NCBI RefSeq assembly: GCF_006345805.1 | Contig: NC_043008.1 | Coordinates: forward strand, 33,046,001-33,110,000 | Length of the DNA: 64,000 bases | Direction: 5' to 3' | Source: Octopus sinensis | Lineage: Eukaryota | Shown here: positions 39,610 to 50,805 of the stretch, piece by piece | How positions within the stretch are numbered: position 1 is the first letter of the stretch | Layout: every line of letters begins with the position of its first letter | Program-made: the position numbers and the translations under genes | The notes under the pieces: model-generated | Told to the model about the DNA's origin: nothing | The model's database searches: none | Seen by the model: the letters and a program-made list of their open reading frames with translations, nothing else

Positions 39610-41837
39610 CTGAAAGAGAGATAGAAATATAGAAAAAATAAAGAGTTAAATGCTTTGTTATAGCTATCATAATTTCAGCATAAAAGAAGATGGTAAACTG
39701 GCAGAATTGTCAGAGCATCAAAAAAATGCTTAGTAGTATTTGTTCTAATTCTTTACATTCTGATTTCAAATCCTGCCAAAGATAGCTTTGCTTTCAGCTG
39801 GTCAGAATCAATAAGATAAAGTAACAGACAAATAATGGGGTTAATGTAACTGATTGACATTGATGGCTTTGTACCTAAATTGGAAAGAATTATTTAAGCA
39901 CAAGTGAACAAGTGCTTTACATAGGATGTGCATGGAGCCTAGTAGTGTTATTTTCTGTGTTATATATATTCGTAAGTCCTGGTGTTTGGATGATGATGAT
40001 GATGATGGTTGCCACTGCTGCCACCATCATCGTCAAGGTGGTGAGCTGACAGAAATGTTAGCACACCAGGCAAAATGCTTAGTGGCAATTTGTCTGTCTC
40101 TATGTTCTGAGTTCAAATTATGCCAAGGTCGACTTTGCATTTCATTCTTTCAGGGATGATGAAATAAGTAACATTTGAGCATTGGGGTCGTAGTAACTGA
40201 CTTACCCATTTCCACTGAACTAACTGATCTTGTGCCAGAATTTGAAACCAATATAACATTATAGTTCAAGGGATGAAACAGTATAGTTTTTGCTTTGAAA
40301 AATCACCTGTAGGTAGCCTACATCAGGCAAAATGTTCTTAAAACCTAAAGAGAAACTTTATTTATGTGTGCCTCTAGTTGTTGTTGCTGCTGTTGCTGTT
40401 GTTGTTTAGCCCCAGATCAACCCTGATCAGATCAAAGCTCTAAAACATTTCATCTGTAACCAATACTGTCCTTTGAAGATTATCAGTGGTTTCTCAACCC
40501 TTTTTTGTTCATGGACCTCTTTGATTTTTATCCTACTCTACTGGACCCCATAACCATTCAATGTTTTAAAAAACCCTATGACATTTTTATATATATATCA
40601 TACGATTAAAAAAATATCTGTCATAGGATTTTTAAAATCCTGACATTTTCATTTATATATCATAGGATTAAAAAATCATGTCAGGATTTTTTTATCCTAT
40701 ATCTATATATAAACTAGACTACCTGTGACCCATTGGGTTACCTGGAAAGTTTGAGTTTCCCTACAACAGAGTTTTTTTTCATGAGTTTTCTTTTTCTTTT
40801 CCAGGTTATTTCACATGCTTTCAACAAATGTGACATTGAAATCACGTGTAAATGGCTCCTTTCCCTGGAAAAGGAAAGATTTGGCTGCTATTTCTTGCAT
40901 GCCCTGCTACCACATAACAGGTATTTCGAGTCCTTTATCACAAATAGTTGTTATGTGGTAGCAGGGCGTGCTAGAAATAGCAACCAAATTTTTGGAGCTG
41001 AGATATATTGAATACACTCGAAAAAATGTTTGTAATGGTATTCCTTTGGGGTGATCTTTCACTTTGACTCTCAGAACTGTCATCTGGATCAGCTGGTTTT
41101 GTTTGTTAATTTCCATAAAAAAAATTTATTGATTTATGTTTTAAAGTGAAAGAGAGGAGAAAGAAAGATATCTGAATGTGTATATGAAATGGACGTGTAT
41201 GTGTGTGAGAAAGAGAGAGAGTATCACTTACACATACATGTGAACACACACATTCATTCACTCACTTTCTCTCTCACACACACATGCACACATACATACA
41301 AAAAAGATGTATGCATATGCATTGATGATTGTATGTATACATGACAACACATCCCTTCACTCACTCTTTCTCTTTTTCTCTCTCTCTCTCTCTTTCACAT
41401 ACACTCGTCAATTTCATAGACACATACATACACGTTTCACTTTCTCCTCTCTTTCACTTTAAAACAAAAGTAAATAAATAAATTTTTTTTACGGAAATTA
41501 AGGACTTAAAAATAATTTTAAAAAACATTAAAATACTGTCTGTTTAAAGAAAGCTAAAATATAAATACTTACTGTACAAACAACTTACATTTTTGAAATC
41601 ACATTCAGTTAAAAATATTTCTAAATGATTAAAATATCATATACGTAAAAAAGTTGACCATTTTTTTGAGAGCATGAAGAGTATGTGTGTGTATTTGTCA
41701 CAGATAGCAGACGTGTGTTTGTGTTAAGTGACAACCATGACATTCATTATATGTGTGTATGTGTCGACATCATGGAAGTCATGTTTTTTTCATCAAGAAA
41801 TAACAAACAAAAATAGTGTTTACTTGTTTTCATTAAT

Positions 41838-42900
41838 AAGTCATCATCATCATCATCGTCTAACGTTCGTTTTCCATGCTAACATGGTTTGGACAGTTCA
41901 ACCGGGGTCTGGGAAGCCAGGAGGCTGCACCAGGCTCCTCAAATTTCTTGATGAGGATGTCCCTAAATCTCTGACCATGTGAAGGGTTCTTAAGCCTCCA
42001 AATCCTACTTTTTTGGATTGGTTTGCTTCTTGGTATCCTTCTGGCCTCAAGACTAAAGTCACTAATGACTAGCCTGTGCTAGGGGGTACATTCTTCACCC
42101 AGGAGGGTCTTTGTATTTAAGAGCAATCTTGCGTCCCACTGTCTGGTGAGAATGAAATCAATCTGGCTAGCGGAGTCCCCTGACTGATAGGTTATAAGGT
42201 GGCTGCCTGGCTTCCTGAAGTTAGTGCTACAGATTAAAGGGTTACATGCATCACAGAACTCCAGTAGCCTGGTTCACTCATTGTTTCAGGTGCCACTACC
42301 ATGCCCACGGTGTACCCCAGTGAAGATACCTGCTTCCCGCCCAATATGCCCATTAAAGTCTCCAGCCACAAAGATGAGGTTATTGCCACTTGTCTTTGAG
42401 GTAGCCTGTAGAAGGATGTCATAAAAGTGGTCCTTCTGATCATTTGGTAACCCCGCATGTGGGGCATAGGCGGAGATGATAGTAACTGTGCTATTCTGCA
42501 GGACTAGCCTGAGCTTAAGTACTCTATCGCATACCCTAACAACCTCTATAACCTTATCCACCCATTTCTCTGAGAGGAGAATGCCTACACCCCCTATACC
42601 ATCCATGTTACCTTGCCAGAAGAATTTGTACCTATATGCCTTGCCTGTGAGGACCCTAGCTGAAGCTTCTCTCCATCTTACCTCTTGTATGCAGCATATA
42701 TCAACCCGTCTCCTTTCAAGCATCTCTACAATCTCACTAGACCTACCTTTCATTGTGCCAACATTGACAGTGCCAACTCTGAAAACTGGGAAGGGAATGT
42801 GAGGTGAGGTTTGGGGAGGAGAGATGTTATTCAGCGCCTGAAAAGAAGAGGGTTGTTGTGGTGGTGTTCGTTTGTTAGGCATGCTTCATTCTTTCTCTTT
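41838..42900 (-). mobile_element. Internally deleted RTE: N-terminal APE fused directly to the 3' (GAT)n tail
   Basis: ORF 42286-42882 has APE motifs (VGTVNV, DICCIQEVRW, GDFN). Homology continues through stops to ...GQRFRDILIKKFEE at about 41935, then joins the tail CCTGGTGCAGCC...GATGATGAT. No RT. Confidence 0.85.
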
Positions 42901-43359
42901 TCTTCCTCTCTTTTGACCTGATAACATTCAAGCATGTTAAGAATGTTGCCCCTACTGGAGGTAGGAGCTGGTGTTAGTAGCATTGTAAGCATAAGCATTA
43001 TGGTCATGAATGATGCAGATTCAAGCAGAGTAGCAAATTGGCAAATATGGATATTCCAATGTTAGGTTAGGAAGGTGTCAGCTGAAATGGTTGCATTGCC
43101 CGGGTAGAGGGGGATTGCAGGAATAATAGAGGGTACCACCAGCGGGGAAGGGTTCAGACAGACAGAGGAAACAAGCTCATTCCTATATATACACAAGCAC
43201 ACCCACACTCAGAAATAAGTACACATGGGCAGCCTAATAGCTTTCTCCTTCATCTCATAAGGCCAAGGAAAAATTCCTGGGTAGTGGTAGGCGTGTTTCT
43301 ATACAGAATGAAAATGGAACGAGAGATAGCTGGTTAAGTAGGTGGGCAGATACCTGAGG

Positions 43360-43905
43360 GAGACAGATAGAGAAAGAGAGGGAGAGAAATAGAGAAAGAG
43401 AGGAAGAGAGATAGAGAAAGAGAGGGAGAGTGATAGAGAAAGAGAGGGAGAGAGAAAGAGAGAGAGAGAGAAAGAGAGGGAGAGAGAGAGAAAGAGAGGG
43501 AGAGAGATAGAGAAAGAGAGGGAGAGAGATAGAGAAAGAGAGGGAGAGAGATAGAGAGAGGGGAGAGATAGAGAGGAAGAGAGATAGAGAAAGAGAGGGA
43601 GAGAGATAGAGAAAGAGAGGGAGTGAGATAGAGAAAGAGAGGGAGAGAGATAGAGAAAGAGAGGGAGCGAGATAGAGAAAGAGAGGGAGAGAGATAGAGA
43701 AAGAGAGCAGAGAGATAGAGAAAGAGAGGGAGAGGGATAAAGAGAGGGGAGAGATAGAGAGGGAGAGAGATAGAGAAGGAGAGAGATAGAGAAAGAGAGG
43801 GAGAGAGATAGAGAAAGAGAGGGAGAGAGATAGAGAAAGAGAGGGAGAGAGATAGAGAAAGAGGAAGAGAGATAGAGGAGAGGGAGAGAGATAAGAGAGA
43901 GTGCA
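43360..43905. repeat. Polypurine minisatellite, about 20-bp unit GAGAGATAGAGAAAGAGAGG
   Basis: About 545 bp, almost purely A/G on the plus strand. Confidence 0.92.
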
Positions 43906-44741
43906 GGAATATAGGGAACAGCACCAGTGAAGGAGGAGGAATTGGGAAAAGAGATAACTGGAAGGGGTGGTGACGAATTTCTAGACAGAACAGAACATAA
44001 GATATTCAGAGAAGTATGTGTGAGAATAGACAACTGTTATGGCGATGGGAGAAGGGATATCCGGTGTAGATGGTGGGACAATACAATAGAGATATCCGGT
44101 ATTGGTGGTGGGGGGCGGGAAAGGGTGGGCGCACCGCGAACAAGCAAGTTTGCTTGGGGGCAGCAGGACGAGATATGGTAATAGAAATGGGATTAAACAG
44201 GGGGAGAAACGAGTAATTTACTTAACAAAATTCTAAGAGACGGAATTAAAATTATATTTTGAGGGGTCATTTCCAATGGTTAGCTCATGGAAAAAAACAA
44301 CAAGCTGTTAGTAAATAAAACATTTAAGGTATTAACGGCAAATGCAAACCAGGGACGGAAAATGAGAGAGAAAGAAAGAAAGAAAGAGGAAGTAATCTTA
44401 GCTTAGCATCTCGGACATCATTTGGCTAAGAAATGAAAGCGACCACATGGAGGTCCAAATGTCACAAAAATTTGTACTGCACTGCCGAAGGTAAGTATGA
44501 AAATAAATATGCAAAAAAAAAAAATAAGATATACTATTTCTGAGATACTTCGGGTATAGACAAATATCCCTAGAGTTTTAGTATTATCAAAAAATATCAT
44601 AGGATAAAAAAAATCCTATGACATTTATATACATATATCATAAGATTAAAAAAAAATCCTATGAAATTTTTATATATATACATATATATATATATATATC
44701 ATAGGATTGAAAGAATCCTATGACATTTTTATACAATTCCT

Positions 44742-44773
<32 letters not shown>

Positions 44774-46922
44774 ATATATATATATGGAGAGGAGGTTCTG
44801 CTAGGTTCCTCACAGGCAAAGGACAGAGGTACAAGATTTTCTGGGCTGGGAATACTGACGGAATCGGGGGTGTGGGCATGCTTATCGCCGAAAAATGGGT
44901 AGATAAGGTAATCGAGGTAGTCAGAGTAAGTGACAGAATAATTAAGATTAGATTAGTGCTCCACCATAGTTTAGCAACTATTATATCGGCCTATGCCCCT
45001 CAGCCAGGGCTACCTGATGGACAGAAAGACTGTTTCTATGACACCCTACTGCAGACCACATCATTGACGAACGACAGGGACCTTCTCTTTGTGGCTGGTG
45101 ACTTCAATGGGCATGTTGGACGATGTGCTGGGGGCTTCCATGGCGTGCATGGAGGCTACGGTTATGGTTCCCGCAACGAGGAGGGAACCAGGCTGCTGGA
45201 GTTCTGCGATGCGAATAGTCTTATGATTTGCAACACTAACTTCAGGAAACCGACAAGCCACCTGGTCACCTACCGATCGGGCCGGCATACTAGCCAAATC
45301 GACTACATCCTTGCCAGAAAAAGGGAAAGATGGCTGCTTATAAATGCCAAAACCTTCCCAGGTGAAGAATGCACCCCACAACATAGACTGGTAGTTAGTG
45401 ACTTTAGGATCAGGACTAAGAGGGCGACTAGAAGACGACCAACATGGAGAAGAAGGGTCTGGAAGCTTAAAGACCCTGCGAATGGACAGAGATTTAGAGA
45501 TATGTTATTTGAAGCCTTAGACGAAATGGAAAGGAGTATAGCTACGCATGGTGGTAGAAGACAACTGGACGCTTCTGAGGGACAACCTGCTGAAAGCCGC
45601 TGACCAGATCTGTGGCTGGTGCAAAGTCCCCTTAAGACCCAAAATAACGTGTGTGGTGGAACAATATTGTTGACAGGGCTATTAGCAAAAGAAACAGGCT
45701 TGGAAGGCCTGGAAGAACGGTGGTAACAGGGAAGTGTATCAGTCTGCCAGAAGGGAAGCCAGGAGACAGGTCTATCTAGCCAGAGGGGAGGCAGATAAGG
45801 AAAAATTTGCCAATGTCCTGCGTCGTGAGGATGAAAGACTTGAGGTATTTTGTGTTGCAAGACAGTGTGTGAGAGAGAATCGTGACGTGGTAGGAGAGAA
45901 ATGTGTTCGCAAGGATGACGGTTCACTTGCGCTTAATGAGGATGCAAAGAGAGAGGCTTGGAGACGCCACTATGATAGGTTGCTGAATGAAGAAAATGAA
46001 TGGGATAAAGAGAGTCTGCCGAATGTCGACCCAACAGAGGGACCAGCAATCCGAGTTAACAGTTCCTTAGTAGATAAGGCAATTAGAAGCATGAAAACAG
46101 GGAAAGCCCCAGGCCCATCAGGAATTACTGCAGAGATGCTCAAAATATCTGGTGGTGTCGGCTATAGCTTAGTCACCCGTATAGTTAACCAGGTGATACA
46201 CGAGGGGGTCATACCCAATGACTGGTGTAGCAGCATAATAGTCAACTGCTACAAAGGTAAAGGCGCGACGCCTAGAGACAAGTAACTACAGGGCATCAAG
46301 CTGCTGGATCAGGTAATGAAGGTTACGGAGAGGGTTATAGCCCAACTAATTAGAGAGAGAGTTAGCTTAGATGATATGCAGTTTGGGTTCGTGCCAGGGA
46401 AAAGTACTACTGATGCTATATTCCTGGTAAGACAGCTGCAGGAGAAATACCTAGCAAAGATAAGCCCTTGTACCTGGCTTTTGTTGACTTGGAGAAAGCC
46501 TTTGACAGGGTCCCCCGATCCCTTATCTGGTGGTCAATGAGGAAACTAGGGATAGAAGAATGGTTGGTGAGAGCTGTGCAAGCCATGTACAGAGACGCTG
46601 CTAGTAAGGTGAGGGTTGGCAACGAGTACAGTGAAGAATTCCGGGTAGAGGTTGGGGTCCACCAAGGTTCAGTCCTCAGTCCCCTCCTATTTATCATAGT
46701 CCTCCAGGCAATAACGGAGGAATTCAAGACAGGTTGCCCCTGGGAGCTCCTCTATGCTGATGACCTTGCTCTATTGCTGAGTCCACTATCAGAACTGGAG
46801 GAGAAGTTTCAGGTGTGGAAACAAGGATTAGAATCGAAGGGCCTTAGAATCAACCTAGCCAAACCAAAGTTCTAATAAGTAGGAAGGTAGATCAATCACA
46901 AACGCCTTCAGGTAGATGGCCC

Positions 46923-47054
46923 TGCTCGATCTGTAAAAAAGGTGTAGGTAGAAACTCTATAAGATGCACCAAGTGTAAGCTATGGACACATAAGAGGTGC
47001 AGCAATGTCAAAGGAAGGCTAACTAGGAAAATAGTTTTTGTCTGTGGCAAATGC
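46923..47054 (+). other. PHD-finger (C4HC3) coding segment inside the LINE RT
   Basis: CSICKKGVGRNSIRCTKCKLWTHKRCSNVKGRLTRKIVFVCGKC = C-x2-C-x10-C-x2-C-x4-H-x2-C-x14-C-x2-C, in frame with the downstream FRYLG motif. Confidence 0.8.
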
Positions 47055-47689
47055 TCAGGAGCAATAAACACTGGAAATGTGCAGAGACCAACTTCTGCCA
47101 CGTTCCAGGGAGACAAACTAGAAGTAGTTGATAGCTTCCGCTACCTAGGAGACCAAGTCAGTAGCGGGGGTGGGTGTGCTGAAAGTGTAACTGCTAGAGT
47201 AAGAATAGCCTGGGCAAAAAGTTTTAGAGAGCTCTTACCCCTGCTGGTGACAAAAGGCCTCTCGCTCAGAGTAAAAGGCAGACTGTATGATGCATGTGTA
47301 CGTACAGCCTTGCTACATGGTAGTGAAACATGGGCCGTGACTGCTGAGGATATGCGTAAGCTCGCAAGAAATGAAGCCAGTATGCTCCGATGGATGTGTA
47401 ATGTCAGTGTTCATAATCGTCAGAGTGTAAGTTCCTTGAGAGAAAAGTTGAACCTAAGAAGCGTCTGTTGTGGCGTGCAAGAGAGACGGCTGCGCTGGTA
47501 TGGTCATGTGATGAGAAAGGCTGAAGATAGTTGTGTGCAAAAGTGCTACACCCTAGCAGTTGAGGGAACCTGTGGAAGAGGTAGACCCAGGAAAACCTGG
47601 GACGAGGTGGTGAAGCACGACCTTCGAACTTTAGGTCTCACTAAGGAAATGTCTAGAGACCGAGACCTATGGAAGTATGCTGTGGTGAG

Positions 47690-49985
47690 AAGACCCGGCA
47701 AGACTAGTCGGCCAAACCCGTGGCCCCTACCTGGGACGTAGTCAGTCCTCCTGTGCATACCTTCCTCTTGTGACACTTATGAAGACCTGTTGAGGCAAGT
47801 GAAAATCAAATCAAAACAAATCAAAATAGATGAACATCAGTGGAATTGTATTCTTGTGGTACCAGTGCCGGTGGCACACAAGAAAACCACCCAAACGTGG
47901 GCGTAGCCAGTACCGCATCGACTGGCCTCCGTGCTGTGGGCACAACAAACACCATCCGATCCGTGGCCGTTCGCCAGCCTCATCTGGCACTGTGTCGGTG
48001 GCACATAAAGACACCATCCGAAGACCCGGCGACGTAGTCAGTCCACCTGTGCATACCTTCCCTCTTATGACACTTGTGAAGACCTGTTGAGGCAAGTGTG
48101 TGACACTTGTGAAGACCTGTTGAGGCAGAGGCAGTGTGTGTGTGACACTTGTGGAGACCTGTTGAGGCAAGTGTGTGACCCTTGTGAAGACCTGTTGAGG
48201 CAAGTGAAAATCAAACCAAATCAAAATAGATGAACATCAATGGAATTTGTATCTTTGTGGTTCCAGTACGGTGGCACACAAGAAAACCATCCGAACGTGG
48301 CCGTAGCCAGTACCAGCATCGACTGGCCTCCGTGCTGGGGGCACAACAAACACCATCTGATCGTGGCCGTTCGCCAGCCTCATCTGGCACCTGTGTCGGT
48401 GGCACATAAAAAAAACACCATCCGAAGACCCGGCGAGACGTAGTCAGTTCACCTGTGATACCTTCCCTCTTATGACACTTGTGAAGACCTGTTGAGGCAA
48501 GTGTGTGACACTTGTGAAGACCTGTTGAGGCAGAGGCAAGTGTGTGACACTTGTGAAGACTGTTGAGGCAGAGGCAAGTGTGTGACACTTGTGGAGACCT
48601 GTTGAGGCAAGTGTGTGACACGTGTGACACTTGTGAAGACCTGTTGAGGCAAGTGAAAATCAAACCAAATCAAAATAGATGAACATCAATGGAATTTGTA
48701 TCTTTGTGGTTCCAGTACCGGTGGCACACAAGAAAACCATCCGATCGTGGCCGTTCGCCAGCCTCATCTGGCACCTGTGTCGGTGGCACATAAAAACACC
48801 ATCCGAAGACCCGGCGACGTAGTCAGTCCACCTGTGCATACCTTCCTACTTATGACACTTGTGAAGACCTGTTGAGGCAAGTGTGTCACACTTGTGTAGA
48901 CCTGTTGAGGCAAGTGAAAATCAAAATCAAAATCAAATCAAATCAAATCAAACCAAATCAAAATAGATGAACATCAATGGAATTTGTATCTTTGTGGTAC
49001 CAGTACCGGTGGCACACAAGAAAAAAACCATCCGAACGTGGCCGTAGCCAGTACCGCATCGACTGGCCTCTGTGATGTGGGCACATAACAACAAACACCA
49101 TCCGATCGTGGCCGTCCGCCAGCCTCATCTGGCACCTGTGTCGGTGGCACATAAAAACACCAACCGAAGACCCGGCAAGACTAGTCAGGCCATAACCCGT
49201 GGCCCCTACTTGGGACGTAGTCAGTCCACCTGTGCATACCTTCCTTCCTTCTTGTGACACTTGTGAAGACCTGTGAGAGACCTGTTGAGGCAAGTGAAAA
49301 TCAAATCAAATCAGATCAAAATAGATGAACATCAATGGAATTTGTATCTTTGTGGTACCAGTGCCGGTGGCACACAAGAAAACCATCCGAACGTGGCCGT
49401 AGCCAGTACCGCATCGACTGGCCTCCGTGCTGTGGGCACGCAACAAACACCATCCGATCGTGGCCGTTCGCCAGCCTCATCTGGCACCTGTGTCGGTGGC
49501 ACATAAAAACACCATCCGAAGACCCGGCAAGACTAGTCAGGCCATAACCCGTGGCCCCTACCTGGGACGTAGTCAGTCCACCTGTGCATACCTTCCTTCT
49601 TGTGACACTTGCGAAGACCTGTTGAGGCAAGTGAAAATCAAATCAAATCAAAACAAATCAAAATAGATGAACATCAATGGAATTTGTATCTTTGTGGTAC
49701 CAGTTACCAGTGCCGGTGGCACACAAGAAAATCATCCGAACGTGGCCGTAGCCAGTACCGCATAGACTGGCCTCCGTGCTTTGGGGACGTAACAAACACC
49801 ATCCGATCGTGGCCGTCCACCAGCCTCATCTGGCACCTGAGTCGGTGGCACATAAAAACACCATCCGAGCGTGGCCGTCTGCCAGCCTCGTCTGGCACCT
49901 GTGTCGGTGGCACATAAAAACACCATCCGAGCGTGGGCGTTCGCCAGCCTCGTCTGGCACCTGTGTCGGTGGCACATAAAATCAC
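47690..49985 (+). repeat. Tandem array of about 6 units (roughly 340-420 bp) of the LINE 3' region
   Basis: Recurring blocks GAAGACCCGGC..GTAGTCAGTCCACCTGTGCATACC, GACACTTGTGAAGACCTGTTGAGGCAAG (1-4x), (AAATC)n and GGTGGCACA(C/T)AA. Confidence 0.9.
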
Positions 49986-50242
49986 CCACTACACTCTCGG
50001 AGTGGTTGGCGTTAGGAAGGGCATCCAGCTGTAGAAACACTGCCAGATCTGACTGGCCTGGTGCAGCCTTCGGGCTCCCCAGACCCCAGTTGAACCGTCC
50101 AACCCATGCTAGCATGGAAAACGGACGCTAAATGATGATGATGATGATGATGATATATATATACATACATAAAGAATTGTATTTTAAAAAATTGCCAAAA
50201 TATTTTGTGTATTGTAAAGGTATCACCAAATTATTGCAAATG

Positions 50243-50805
50243 TACTTACTTGTACTTGTACATGTGATGGCGTTCACCCAGTGCAGGTTGAGCCACCTTC
50301 TCTAGTCCTAATGGCATCACGAACCATGGCGGCCCACGCTCGATGGTCCCATGCAAGGTCACTGGAGATAGCAAACCATTCGTGGTTCCATCTGTGCAAA
50401 CCGACTACCTGCAGACCTGATAGTTCGGAGAGGTCTTCCTTTATCGTCATTGCAAATTACTTACTTAAATAGTCCAAGCCCTCCTCAAAGCGGTAGGGTG
50501 GTGTAAACGGGCAGTGTCAGAACTATGCCATCGGGAACTTTGGTTCCTGGTAGGGCGACCCAAGGCGGATTGGTCTGGCACCAAGTGGTATTAGGACTGC
50601 AGCCTGGCCAACGGGGCTCTGGTGAAAATTCCAAGAGGCATCTGATCGGCAACTGGCGGCTTCGAGGTTGTTCTGTCCCTACGTCTGTGGAGACTCCGCA
50701 GCAAACAGGGTATCCCATCACTCGGGATATGCATGCAGGATGTTGGGGACCACTTGTGAATTCAATATTCCCACAAAACTTCTTCTATGAATCCTACTAC
50801 TACCA
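50243..50805 (+). mobile_element. About 560-bp GC-richer non-coding retroelement with TSD
   Basis: 15-bp direct repeat AAATTATTGCAAATG at 50228-50242 and 50806-50820; 3' (CTA)n tail. Confidence 0.7.

Larger units (their letters stand above)
44785..50154 (+). mobile_element. RTE-clade LINE, 5'-truncated: APE + RT (with PHD insertion) + iterated 3' UTR + (GAT)n tail
   Basis: APE motifs (GGVG, ISAYAP, AGDFNGHVG, SQIDYIL) and RT motifs (YRGIKLL, QFGFVPGKST, DLEKAFD, GVHQGSVLSP, YADD, FRYLG), then RTE C-terminus (LHGSETW, RRLRWYGHV, RGRPRKTW). Frame is broken by a few 1-nt indels. Flanked by (TA)n. Confidence 0.93.

Noticed and set aside
43920-44500. Possible Penelope RT C-terminal remnant (TGYPFS, VPYIPAL) on the minus strand
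   Set aside because: Motifs are too degenerate to support by eye; needs a blastx search.
47690-49985. CRISPR-like appearance of the regular array
   Set aside because: The intervening sequences are repeated rather than unique spacers, there are no cas genes, and the context is a eukaryotic LINE 3' region.
47811-50131. Overlapping 60-150 aa ORFs in the arrays (mirrored at 56.4-58.5 kb)
   Set aside because: By-products of the tandem 3' UTR repeat with no domain signal.
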